Positions 1 through 8,368 are shown, counted from the first letter of the stretch. The stretch is 64,000 nucleotides of DNA from an uncultured Ignavibacteriales bacterium (GCA_964489705.1 CAZAZQ010000008.1:4416-68415); one strand, 5' to 3'. Notes: generated by a model not told the origin, from the letters alone. A program made the numbers and translations.

Positions 1-39
1 GTTGAACTGGTGCCCGGAAAGTTGGAACACAGCATGCAT
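1..39 (-). CDS. rplU: 50S ribosomal protein L21, first 13 codons only (gene runs off the left edge)
   Basis: The reverse strand reads GGAGGA-N9-ATG CAT GCT GTG TTC CAA..., giving MHAVFQLSGHQFN. This resembles the conserved L21 N-terminus (E. coli MYAVFQSGGKQ). It is too short to appear in the ORF track. Confidence 0.5.
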   Translation of the reverse strand, partial: MHAVFQLSGHQFN

Positions 40-363
40 GGCAACATATCCTCCGAAAGAATTTCCAGCGTTATAGTTCACTTTAAGTTAAGGCGGTAAG
101 GTACGTTATTTCCTTAGGAAGTCAAGGCAATTCTTACGTCTCTCCTTCACCCCAACTCACCTCTTAAACGATTATCCCCCTTGAAGGTTCCAGAAGGCTG
201 AAAACACCTATGGTATTACGGGACAACAATACCACCTTCTTTTTCTTTTTTAGCGGGAATGACCTATCAGGTGAGCTTTGCTTTTCAGCGGTAACCCAAT
301 AGACACCCTGAGGGTGATTTATTACCTTATGGCAGGAAATAACGCATCTCATAGTAGGGAAAC

Positions 364-433
364 TCCGGAACGGATCCGCCTTTCTCTCACATTTATCTTG
401 GTAGGGCACGGTCTGGGACAGACCTGCCACTTT
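364..433 (-). repeat. 70-bp intergenic repeat unit, made of hairpin core H1 (GGCAGGTCTGTCCCAGACCGTGCCCTACC) plus a 40-bp tail
   Basis: By eye, the reverse complement is identical over 70 bp to 12212..12281. The core is an imperfect hairpin, GGCAGGTCTG / CAGACC-N-TGCC. Confidence 0.9.
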
Positions 434-498
434 CCTAATACCTACGAAGGTTCATTGTTAACGGGGAATAATAAGCCACCCTTTGGGTGCTGCTCAGT

Positions 499-1848
499 TT
501 ATGACTCCGGCTGCTCTTTGGCGCGCTTGCGGAAAGAACGGAACTTTTTCAAGTACTCGCCGATTTTAATCTCCCGTCCCGCTTCTTTGGGGTGGTAGTA
601 TTCCGTACCGGCAAGCTCGTCGGGGAAATACTCCTGCGTTGTGAGGGCGTCTTCATACTCGTGGGGATAGCGGTAGCCTTTGCCGTAGCCGAGCGCTTTC
701 ATCAGCTTGGTGGGGGCATTCCGAATATGGTGCGGCACCGGCAAGGAGCCTTTCTCTTTGGCGTCTTTCAGCGCTTTGTCAAAAGCGACATACGCGGCGT
801 TCGATTTGGGAGCGCAAGCCAGGTAAATGACCAACTGGGCAATCGCCAATTCCCCTTCGGGAGAGCCGAGGAAATGGTAGGCATCACGGGCATTGATGGC
901 GAGGGTCAAAGCGTAGGGATCGGCTAACCCGACATCCTCGGAGGCAAACCGCACCAGCCGCCGGACGATATACAACGGATCCTCTCCGGCATCGAGCATC
1001 CGCGCCAACCAGTACAACGAGGCATCCGGATCGCCGCCGCGCAAGCTTTTGTGAAGGGCGGAGATGAGATTGTAGTGTTCTTCTCCCGCTTTGTCGTAGA
1101 GAGCAAACCCTTTTTGATGGACTTTGCGAAGAACCTCAAGGGTAATGGTGCCGCCCTTGCCGACATAGGTGGCGGTCATTTCCAAAAGGGTCAAGCCTCG
1201 CCGGGCATCTCCGTCAGCCGCCGAGGCGATAAACGCCAAAGCATCTTCCTCAAGCGTCAACTTCATCTTCCCCAAACCTCGTTCGGAATCATGTAACGCC
1301 CGCAGGATTAGTGTCTTCAACGCTTCTTCGCTCAAACGCTCCAGAACATACACCCGCACTCTCGACATGAGAGCGGAGATGACTTCAAACGACGGGTTCT
1401 CCGTCGTGGCGCCGATAAGAACGATGTCGCCTTTTTCAACATAGGGAAGAAAAGCGTCTTGCTGCGCTTTGTTGAAACGGTGGATCTCGTCGATGAAAAC
1501 GTAGGTTCGGCGTTTGGAGAGGCGGTAGTAATTCGCGGCTTTGGAAATGACTTCTTTGATTTCTTTGATGCTGGACGTAACGGCGGAAAAAGGAACAAAC
1601 TGCCCGCGGGTCGATTTGGCGATCAACTCCGCCAGCGTTGTTTTTCCAGTACCCGGCGGTCCCCAAAAAATCAACGAGGAAACAGTGTCGCTCTCGATGG
1701 CTTTTCGCAGCGGCGTTCCCGGTCCGACGATTTTTTCCTGACCGACAAATTCGTCGAACGAACGAGGACGCATTCGATCTGCCAACGGCGCATACTCCGG
1801 CCGTGTCCCCGCCGATTTTTTCTCGTTGCTGTCATCAAAGAAATCCAT
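499..1848 (-). CDS. rarA: Replication-associated recombination protein A (AAA+ ATPase, RarA/MgsA)
   Basis: Walker A is FWGPPGTGKTTLA and Walker B is VFIDEIHRF, with the full-length MgsA C-terminal domain. I prefer the ATG at 1848 (MDFFDD...APLADRMRP aligns with the E. coli N-terminus). The ORF track extends to a GTG at 1887. Confidence 0.9.
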   Translation of the reverse strand: MDFFDDSNEKKSAGTRPEYAPLADRMRPRSFDEFVGQEKIVGPGTPLRKAIESDTVSSLIFWGPPGTGKTTLAELIAKSTRGQFVPFSAVTSSIKEIKEVISKAANYYRLSKRRTYVFIDEIHRFNKAQQDAFLPYVEKGDIVLIGATTENPSFEVISALMSRVRVYVLERLSEEALKTLILRALHDSERGLGKMKLTLEEDALAFIASAADGDARRGLTLLEMTATYVGKGGTITLEVLRKVHQKGFALYDKAGEEHYNLISALHKSLRGGDPDASLYWLARMLDAGEDPLYIVRRLVRFASEDVGLADPYALTLAINARDAYHFLGSPEGELAIAQLVIYLACAPKSNAAYVAFDKALKDAKEKGSLPVPHHIRNAPTKLMKALGYGKGYRYPHEYEDALTTQEYFPDELAGTEYYHPKEAGREIKIGEYLKKFRSFRKRAKEQPES

Positions 1849-2021
1849 AACCGAAATATACGTACATGCAGCAAATCGGACAATCACAAACCCCTCTTGG
1901 GTTCAGGCAGTAGTAATCACTGTAGCAGGTCTCTTTCGAGATCTAAGGATCCCACCGTGAGCGGTAGGAGATACCCCAAGCGTTATTTTTCAACTGTAAG
2001 GTTATAAATAACCCTTGGGGT

Positions 2022-2137
2022 GTCGGGAAAGGATTCCCGACCGCGTACACCCTAAGGGTGTTTTACTTTAGTTGTAGGGCATGGTCTGGTACAGACCTGC
2101 CACTTTACTTAACTCTTGGCAGGTCTCTTCGAGACAG
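2022..2137. repeat. Composite hairpin repeat with modules H2, H1 and H3
   Basis: H2 (2022..2071) is GTCGGGAA-N4-TTCCCGAC followed by CACCCTAAGGGTG and TTTTACTTTAG, and matches 12371..12420 at 46 of 50 positions. H1 plus H3 (2074..2137), ending in GTCTC-TTC-GAGAC, matches the reverse complement of 12181..12245 at about 61 of 65 positions. Confidence 0.85.
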
Positions 2138-2293
2138 TCGCTACTAATCTGATCTTACACATGAGATGATGATAAGACGCCTTGGGTGTGCTTCGACCGG
2201 GACAGGGATAATCCGTCCGCCTCGGTAAAACTCTTGACATAAGCAGTGGAGGAAGATACCTTGGAGTTAACACCTAATACCATAGGAGGAAAC

Positions 2294-2857
2294 ATGAAGC
2301 GTCTTTTTATTCCCACCGTCATTTTTTTGCTTGCCCTGGCGACTTCCGTCTCTGCCTTCGACGGCAACCGGAAAGGATTTGTCTTGGGTGGAGGTCTGGG
2401 TTTCGGTCCCTCGGCGAAAGTCACTGTCTCCGTGGGGAGTATTTCGGCTTCGGATGAAAACAGCGGCTTGGCGATAGATTTTCTTATCGGCTATGCGTGG
2501 GACGAACAGAACATGATTGTCTTCTTGCGGGACGGCATTATCTACAGCGAAGAGATGTCCCACAGCACCACGATTTCCATCGTGCAAGGATTTTCCGGCA
2601 TCGGCTACTTCCACTACTTTGGTGAGGTAGGCAAATCGTTTTTCATCACCGGTGGTTTGGGACTCCAAGACTGGACCTCCTTGGATGAAAATTACAGTTC
2701 CCCCGATCCGGGCGTCGGGCTTCTCCTCGGCGGCGGCTATGAGTTCACCCGACATCTTCAGGTGTATTCAAGCCTGTCTTTCGGCAAGACGAGCGAGGGA
2801 AGTTTCAAGAATGACCATTCTCAGTTTATTATTGTAATTTCGGCGGTCGCTTTCTAA
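2294..2857 (+). CDS. Small outer-membrane beta-barrel (porin-family-like) protein
   Basis: AGGAGGA lies 5 nt upstream of the ATG at 2294. The signal peptide is MKRLFIPTVIFLLALATSVSA. The sequence shows alternating Gly/aromatic beta-strand patterns and ends in a terminal Phe (ISAVAF). Confidence 0.6.
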   Translation: MKRLFIPTVIFLLALATSVSAFDGNRKGFVLGGGLGFGPSAKVTVSVGSISASDENSGLAIDFLIGYAWDEQNMIVFLRDGIIYSEEMSHSTTISIVQGFSGIGYFHYFGEVGKSFFITGGLGLQDWTSLDENYSSPDPGVGLLLGGGYEFTRHLQVYSSLSFGKTSEGSFKNDHSQFIIVISAVAF

Positions 2858-2906
2858 GCTCTGCGCTCATATTCCCGTCAAACATCCGGTTGGGAAAAAT
2901 CACAGG

Positions 2907-2945
2907 CTGCCGGACGACAAAGAGTCGTTCGGCAGTTTTGTCTTA
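2907..2945 (+). terminator. Rho-independent terminator after the OMP gene
   Basis: The hairpin CTGCCGGACGAC-aaaga-GTCGTTCGGCAG has a 12-bp stem with one G-U pair. It is followed by TTTTGTCTT. Confidence 0.7.
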
Positions 2946-2979
2946 TCGGTTCCCTATATCCTCCGTTCGTATGTTTTTG

Positions 2980-3007
2980 TTGAAATCCGCCTGCCGGTCG
3001 CTATTAT
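2980..3007 (+). promoter_or_regulatory. Putative sigma-70 promoter of the methylase gene, implying a leaderless mRNA
   Basis: TTGAAA (2980-2985), a 16-nt spacer, then TATTAT (3002-3007). The ATG at 3014 is only 6 nt after the -10 box. No Shine-Dalgarno sequence is present. Confidence 0.4.
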
Positions 3008-3013
3008 GCCGGC

Positions 3014-4000
3014 ATGAAGCGTACCTCTCTTGCCAAACTTGATCTTGTCGACCCGGAAGTTCGAGCGCGGCTCCTCCCGTATTGCCGCCTCAAACCGGGG
3101 GACATCTGGCGGGACGAGCGCTCGGGGCACGTCGTCGGATGTGGTGACGCCACCGACGCCGCCTTCGTTCATACCGTCCTGCACGGGCAACCCGCCCGGC
3201 TGGCGATACAGGACCCACCGTATAACGTGGCAATGTTCGAAAGACGAGAGGTGTCCGAGTATATTGCCTGGTGCCGGAAGTGGATTGACCTTTCCTACGA
3301 GATTCTGGCTGCCGACAGCGCTCTCTATGTCTGGCTGGGAGCCGACCAGAACAACCACTTTCAGCCGTTGCCGCAATTCATGTTGATGATGGCGCAGACG
3401 CCGTTTGAAGCACGCTCGTTCATTACCATGCGGAACCAGCGGGGATACGGCACCCAGAAAAACTGGATGGCGATTCGGCAGGAGCTGTTGTACTACACCA
3501 AGGGAAACCCGCCTTTCACGGTCCGGTACACCGATATTCCGAAAATTCTCCGAGGGTATTACAAGGACGTGGGAGGAGTACGCACCGAAAATCTCGAACG
3601 AAGCAAATCACCCACCATCCGTCCGGGGAACGTCTGGGTGGACATACAGCAGGTTTTTTATCGCTTGGAAGAGCATGTTCGGGGATGCCCGGCGCAAAAG
3701 CCGCTGAAAGCAATCAGACGGATAATCGAAGCCTCTTCTCTATCGGGCGACACGGTCGTCGATTTCTTTGCTCACTCGGGAACGACGCTGCTGGCGTGTG
3801 AGCTGACGGGACGAAAGAGTATTTCCCTGGAAATCGACCCTCTCTTTGCGGAAATCACTATCCGGCGTCTGGAACATTACCGAGCGACCGGCAAAACCGG
3901 CTGGCAGAGAGGGCATCCTTTCGAAAAGGAACTGGAAGTGTCGCTTTCTTCATCGTCAGCCGAGAAGAAGCGGGTACTGACCGCCGTAAACGTTACATGA
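3014..4000 (+). CDS. Orphan DNA methyltransferase, beta-class N6_N4 family (probably N6-adenine)
   Basis: Motif IV (IQDPPYNV) precedes motif I (VVDFFAHSGTTLLACELTGRKSISLEIDP). The N-terminus carries a GCGDATD motif typical of this family. No restriction endonuclease gene lies nearby. Confidence 0.85.
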   Translation: MKRTSLAKLDLVDPEVRARLLPYCRLKPGDIWRDERSGHVVGCGDATDAAFVHTVLHGQPARLAIQDPPYNVAMFERREVSEYIAWCRKWIDLSYEILAADSALYVWLGADQNNHFQPLPQFMLMMAQTPFEARSFITMRNQRGYGTQKNWMAIRQELLYYTKGNPPFTVRYTDIPKILRGYYKDVGGVRTENLERSKSPTIRPGNVWVDIQQVFYRLEEHVRGCPAQKPLKAIRRIIEASSLSGDTVVDFFAHSGTTLLACELTGRKSISLEIDPLFAEITIRRLEHYRATGKTGWQRGHPFEKELEVSLSSSSAEKKRVLTAVNVT

Positions 4001-4009
4001 GTAAGTGAG

Positions 4010-4495
4010 ATGGAAAAGTTGCAAGGGATTGTGCTCAAGTTGGACAATGGCGTGACTCTCGACTCGCTCCTGCCGGCAGGAGAAGAGAACAAGACACAAA
4101 GTATCGTCTCTCGACTGATGGAAACGCTTGGCAAAAATCAAACTTACTCCCAAGAGGCGGCTTATATTCTGGTAAGCGGCACGAATTTCGGAGGGGGCGA
4201 GAAATATCGGCAAGCGGTCGACGCTCTCAAGTCGTCTTCTGTCGTAGCCGTGGTGGCGGGGAATTTTTCGCGGGCATTTTTCCGACGGGCGCTGAACAAC
4301 GGGGTGGCGGTCATCGAAAGGGATATCACCGATCTGGTACAGGATGGGGAAACAATCACCATCGACCTTGCCGAAGGCAGGATAGAGCTGGCGCAACAAA
4401 AAGTGGCTTTTCCTTCGTATCCGCCGTTTCTTCTCTCTATCCTCGAGAGCGGCGACCTCATTGCTGCGACTAAGAAAGAGTTGGGTCGAGCCTGA
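4010..4495 (+). CDS. LeuD-like aconitase swivel-domain protein with a degenerate active-site motif
   Basis: The 161-aa length and layout match archaeal-type LeuD (ILVSGTNFG...VVAVVAGNFSRAFFRRALNNGVAVIE...DGETITIDLAEG). The canonical GCGSSREHA is replaced by GGGEKYRQA. No large subunit is present in the window. Confidence 0.55.
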   Translation: MEKLQGIVLKLDNGVTLDSLLPAGEENKTQSIVSRLMETLGKNQTYSQEAAYILVSGTNFGGGEKYRQAVDALKSSSVVAVVAGNFSRAFFRRALNNGVAVIERDITDLVQDGETITIDLAEGRIELAQQKVAFPSYPPFLLSILESGDLIAATKKELGRA

Positions 4496-4551
4496 GCGGC
4501 TTACTTTCCCTTTTCCGACCTAACAACCGCAATTTTTTCAAAAAAAGAGCA

Positions 4552-4581
4552 ACCCGGTGCCATAGTACCGGGTGTTATAAT
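4552..4581 (+). promoter_or_regulatory. Extended -10 promoter with an overlapping 7-8-7 dyad (candidate MerR operator)
   Basis: A perfect inverted repeat, ACCCGGT (4552-4558)-N8-ACCGGGT (4567-4573), is followed immediately by TGtTATAAT (4573-4581). The ATG at 4587 is 5 nt after the -10 box, so the transcript would be leaderless. Confidence 0.5.
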
Positions 4582-4586
4582 ACCGT

Positions 4587-5006
4587 ATGAATAAAGACGA
4601 GCTTACCACAAAAGAGGTCGCCCGCTTGGCGGGAGTCAACAGAGAAACGCTGCGCTACTATGAACGGGTCGGATTGCTGCCGGAGCCACCGCGTACCCCT
4701 GCCGGCTACCGTCGCTATACGCACGAAGAGGTGAAGCGTCTGCTTTTCATTAAGAATGCAAAGAGCTTGGGATTCAAACTCTCCGAAATCAAAGCGTTGC
4801 TCGGTATCGCCGACGGCGACATCAGCGGCTGCCGCGAAGTGCGGAAACTCGCCCAGGCAAACGTCAAGCGCATAGACGAGCAGATTGCTTCGTTGACCAA
4901 GTTGCGCGCGGTGCTGAGCGATTTAATTAGTCAATGTACGGGGAGAGGGAAAATAGCCGATTGCCCCATCATAGAAAGCCTTACCCGAAAGGAGGAGAAA
5001 TCATGA
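4587..5006 (+). CDS. merR: MerR-family transcriptional regulator with a mercury-type cysteine triad
   Basis: The N-terminal helix-turn-helix is TTKEVARLAGVNRETLRYYERVGLL. By my count the cysteines fall at residues 82, 117 and 126 (GC82REV, SQC117TG, ADC126PIIESL). These positions and the CP(L/I)I motif match Tn501/Tn21 MerR. Confidence 0.85.
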   Translation: MNKDELTTKEVARLAGVNRETLRYYERVGLLPEPPRTPAGYRRYTHEEVKRLLFIKNAKSLGFKLSEIKALLGIADGDISGCREVRKLAQANVKRIDEQIASLTKLRAVLSDLISQCTGRGKIADCPIIESLTRKEEKS

Positions 5007-5317
5007 AGGTCGAGTTCTTGTACTTTGGTTCGTGTCCCCATTACCGGCACGCCTTGGAAAGGTTGCAAGAGAGTCTGGAAGAACTATCGCTTCCCGACGA
5101 AATCACCTCCATCAAAATCAACAATAACGAGGAAGCCGCCCGCTTTCGCTTTCTGGGATTGCCGTCTATCCGCATCAACGGGAAAGACATCGAAGGAGAT
5201 GACCCGCCTTTGAACGACTATGCGGTGCGCTGCCGTCGGTATAAAACAGAGAGCGGGTGGGAGGGGGTCCCTTCCAAGGAGATGATAAAAGCCGCTTTGC
5301 AGCAAGCCATGGCATAA
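5003..5317 (+). CDS. Small thioredoxin-fold (DUF2703-like) protein
   Basis: AAGGAGGAG lies upstream of the ATG at 5003, and an ATGA overlap joins it to the merR stop. The motifs FGSCPHY and LGLPSIRINGKDIE resemble glutaredoxin/thioredoxin_3-like small proteins. Confidence 0.55.
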   Translation: MKVEFLYFGSCPHYRHALERLQESLEELSLPDEITSIKINNNEEAARFRFLGLPSIRINGKDIEGDDPPLNDYAVRCRRYKTESGWEGVPSKEMIKAALQQAMA

Positions 5318-5618
5318 CCAACCTATCAACCCTTTATATCCGGCAGGACGCTCTCGTGGAGACTCTGCCGGCGAGTTAGAGATAGAGAATGGCAGGTCTG
5401 TACCAGACCATGCCCTACCAAAACTGCCGTCGGTATAAAACAGAGAGCGGGTGGGAGGGGGTCCCTTCCAAGGAGATGATAAAAGCCGCTTTGCAGCAAG
5501 CCATGGCATAACCAACCTATCAACCCTTTATATCCGGCAGGACGCTCTCGTGGAGACTCTGCCGGCGAGTTAGAGATAGAGAATGGCAGGTCTGTACCAG
5601 ACCATGCCCTACCAAAAC
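5231..5618 (+). repeat. Perfect tandem duplication, 2 x 194 bp
   Basis: By eye, 5231..5424 and 5425..5618 are identical. Each unit holds the last about 29 codons of the thioredoxin-like gene, its stop codon, and one H1 hairpin core (5391..5419 and 5585..5613). Confidence 0.9.
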
Positions 5619-5647
5619 TCTGACGGAAGGAAAAAATGGCAGTCATC

Positions 5648-5719
5648 GGTAGGGAAGCTCGAGAGAGACCTGCCCATAAGATAGGAGAATGGCAGGCCTG
5701 TCCCAGACCATGCCCTACC
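5648..5719 (+). repeat. Third local H1 hairpin core, preceded by a degenerate inverted half-copy
   Basis: GGCAGGCCTGTCCCAGACCATGCCCTACC lies at 5691..5719. A degenerate GGTAGGGAAGCTCGAGAGAGACCTGCCC lies at about 5648..5676. Confidence 0.7.
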
Positions 5720-5759
5720 AAGACCAGATGGTCTTCTAAATAAGGAAGAAGCGCCACTT

Positions 5760-6851
5760 TTACTTTTCGGAGGCGGCGTTGATTTTTGTAAGAAAGGCTT
5801 GGACTTTGTGGCGGCGTACATACGACTTGAACACCAGCACCAAAATCACGAGCATTGCGGAAAATCCACCCGCAAAGAGGACATATTTGGAGAGAGTGTT
5901 GAGCAACTCATCGGTCTGGTCGGTCGAGGAGATATACCCGAGTTGATGGAGATAGACCGGGATGTCTATCGCCCGGCTGATGACACAGAGCAAAATAATA
6001 GCACCGGTAATCAAGCGAATCATTCTTTCTTTACAGACCTTGGTGCCGTAAGCGCCGATGTAAATGCCGGTGAGGGAGCCCAGGTACAGAAGAAAGACCA
6101 AACGTAAATCGACAAAACCGCCCATGGCATAGTTGAACGCTCCCCATGCTCCCATAAAGACCGCAAGGAACAATTGGGTACCGGCGGCAACAGCGGTAGG
6201 GACGCCGAAAATGTAAATCATGGCGGGAACGCCGATGAGTCCGCCCGCCCCAATAGTACCGGTCAAGTAGCCGTTGAAAAATCCCACCAGAGCAATCGTC
6301 CAAAACGACAGGCGCACCTCCGCTACCGGGAAGGAAATCATCGGTGGGATTTTCACCTTGGAAAAAAGCTCCGCCAGCTTGGTGGAGGGACCTTCTCCCG
6401 TAACCCGTTTGCGCACGACATCACCCAAAAGGGCAAGAGAAACAAGGGAGAGGATAAGGACGAACACGGCGCTGATATACAAATCTCCCGCTGCCGCCCC
6501 GGATTTTATGTCATGTCCGCCCTTCCGCAAGTGGAAGAGGGTCTCGTTTATCCAGAACGCGAGCTTGATGCCGATGAGGGCGGTAATCAGAATAAACATG
6601 CCGAGCTTTTTGTCCACGTGCCCCATCTCGCTGTGTTTTTTCGAGCCCATGATGGCTTTGCCGAATTTGTGAGTCAAATTCGAACCGACAGCGATGACAC
6701 CCGGGATACCCAAATTCATCATACCGGGCGTGATGAAGAACGCCCCGCCGATACCGATAAAACCGCTCAAGACGCCGCCGATGAACCCCAAGGCAATAAC
6801 TTGAAAAATCATCGAAAGGTCTAATGTTGCGAATCCTTCCACGCCGAGCAT
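5760..6851 (-). CDS. TauE/SafE (TSUP) family anion-export membrane protein
   Basis: The protein is polytopic and hydrophobic, with duplicated Gly-rich motifs (GIGGAFFITPGM and GAGGLIGVPAMIYIFG) characteristic of the TSUP family. Confidence 0.8.
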   Translation of the reverse strand: MLGVEGFATLDLSMIFQVIALGFIGGVLSGFIGIGGAFFITPGMMNLGIPGVIAVGSNLTHKFGKAIMGSKKHSEMGHVDKKLGMFILITALIGIKLAFWINETLFHLRKGGHDIKSGAAAGDLYISAVFVLILSLVSLALLGDVVRKRVTGEGPSTKLAELFSKVKIPPMISFPVAEVRLSFWTIALVGFFNGYLTGTIGAGGLIGVPAMIYIFGVPTAVAAGTQLFLAVFMGAWGAFNYAMGGFVDLRLVFLLYLGSLTGIYIGAYGTKVCKERMIRLITGAIILLCVISRAIDIPVYLHQLGYISSTDQTDELLNTLSKYVLFAGGFSAMLVILVLVFKSYVRRHKVQAFLTKINAASEK

Positions 6852-6862
6852 GAAATTCTCCT

Positions 6863-8368
6863 CTAATCAATCCAAAACAATCTGAGCACCTGGCGGGTGA
6901 GCGTCCCGTACGAGTAGGCAAAAAGCGGCGTGACAATCATCACTCCAATCGCCGCTATCAACCGGTAGGCTTTGTACTGTTCGCCGGAAAGAAAAGCCAA
7001 GACTTCGCGTTGGAAGTGAAACAAGCTTACCAACATCGCCGCAGAGATAAACAAGCCGACGATTATTTTCAGCACTTGCCCAGGTGTAATGCGAAAACGC
7101 CGCTGCAACTCTTCCACTTCGACGATGGGAACGTTGATGTTGTCATTGAGGTAATTTTTCAGCTCGTCTTTCAAACGGCGACGGGTGGCTTCCGAGCGAT
7201 TCCGGAAAAGCTCGCCCAGCACTATGATGTCATACCGGTTCCGGTGAATCCGAGTGACCAACGCTTTTGCGTTGCCACAAAATGCGGAGCTTCCTCCCAA
7301 GCAGTTGAGCCGTCGCAACTCCGCCAGGCAGCAGTAATATTCCTTCAGCGAAAAAGGAGAGGGCTCGGCAGGTTTTTTCCGGGAATCCGTCTTCCCCTGC
7401 GCCGTATTCTTAGAAGCGGTCAACTCGTCAAGCAGCTCATCCGGCGTCGACAACCTGTCCGAGGGAGCATACCGCATCAATTCCACCGCCGCATCCCACT
7501 TTTTCGCTACCTGCGCCACTTCCCGGAAGTTCGAATCATCGCAGGAAAACTCGTCCTGCAAAAATAAAATGCTTCTATCGGCGATAGTCGTATTGACCGC
7601 TTTTATCTCCGGCACCCGAGAGAGCACCTCGCTGACATACATCGCTACTTTCGACTCCAGCGGGGGATACGTTACCTGGACGACTCCGTTATCCGCCGAG
7701 ACCCGTACGTCGGCGATGTTTGTCCGCGGGTCTTTGGTCAACTCGAAATGTGCTTTGCTGGCGAGGTAGAGATTTTTAATCGCTTCTTCGGTTTCTGAGT
7801 TCAAAGCGAAATCGGGCAGCTTCGCCAGCGCCTTCAACCCCACCACGGCGTTGTTGAGTCCCATCTGGTCGAGATGGACAACAATATCATAGAGAGCGGG
7901 ATCGTTCCAATCGACCCCATAGAGAAAGCGTACCCACTTTTCCCGCTCTTCGTCCACTTTGCGGATATATTCTTTTGCTTCTTCCCGACTCAAGCCCATC
8001 GTCCGTATAACCGAGGTGATGCGAAACTCCGGATGCGCCAGCACTCGGATGCGGAGAATGTTCGGTATCCCGCACAACAGCATGTGCGCGGCGTGACCGT
8101 AATACACAACATCTCCCCGCAATATCTGTTCGGTCAGCAGCATCGTCAGACATGCCAAGTACTGATTGCGCTCGGCTTCCATCTGCCGATAAAACCGCGG
8201 CGGCTTGGACATCGCCGCTTCCAACGTATCCGCCGGGACTCCCAACTGTATCGCCTGTTCGATGAGATCTTCCCGACTGATGCAAACGCAGCCCAACTCC
8301 CGAGCCAAACGCTCGGCAAGCTCCTTGCCCCCAGCCAAAGTTCCACGGGATACGGTAATTATAGCCAT
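6863..8368 (-). CDS. Cytidylate-kinase-like (P-loop kinase fold) protein with a C-terminal two-helix membrane anchor
   Basis: The N-terminus MAIITVSRGTLAGGKELAERLARELGCVCISREDL is typical of the cytidylate-kinase-like family. A BON-like segment follows (DVRVSADNGVVQVTY). Two C-terminal hydrophobic helices are present. The ORF track extends to a TTG at 8404. Confidence 0.65.
   Translation of the reverse strand: MAIITVSRGTLAGGKELAERLARELGCVCISREDLIEQAIQLGVPADTLEAAMSKPPRFYRQMEAERNQYLACLTMLLTEQILRGDVVYYGHAAHMLLCGIPNILRIRVLAHPEFRITSVIRTMGLSREEAKEYIRKVDEEREKWVRFLYGVDWNDPALYDIVVHLDQMGLNNAVVGLKALAKLPDFALNSETEEAIKNLYLASKAHFELTKDPRTNIADVRVSADNGVVQVTYPPLESKVAMYVSEVLSRVPEIKAVNTTIADRSILFLQDEFSCDDSNFREVAQVAKKWDAAVELMRYAPSDRLSTPDELLDELTASKNTAQGKTDSRKKPAEPSPFSLKEYYCCLAELRRLNCLGGSSAFCGNAKALVTRIHRNRYDIIVLGELFRNRSEATRRRLKDELKNYLNDNINVPIVEVEELQRRFRITPGQVLKIIVGLFISAAMLVSLFHFQREVLAFLSGEQYKAYRLIAAIGVMIVTPLFAYSYGTLTRQVLRLFWID

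Noticed and set aside
164-598. ORFs 164-430 (minus) and 278-598 (plus). Also ORFs 5084-5515, 5326-5757, 12206-12466 and 12215-12472, which share the peptide VGHGLGQTCHF.
   Set aside because: The shared peptide is simply the translation of the H1 hairpin repeat. These ORFs span intergenic repeats and the tandem duplication and are not genes.
5231-5719. Possibility that the repeated units form a CRISPR array.
   Set aside because: There are only two long (194 bp) identical units that include a gene fragment, plus one extra 29-bp hairpin. There is no short repeat/unique spacer alternation and no cas genes.
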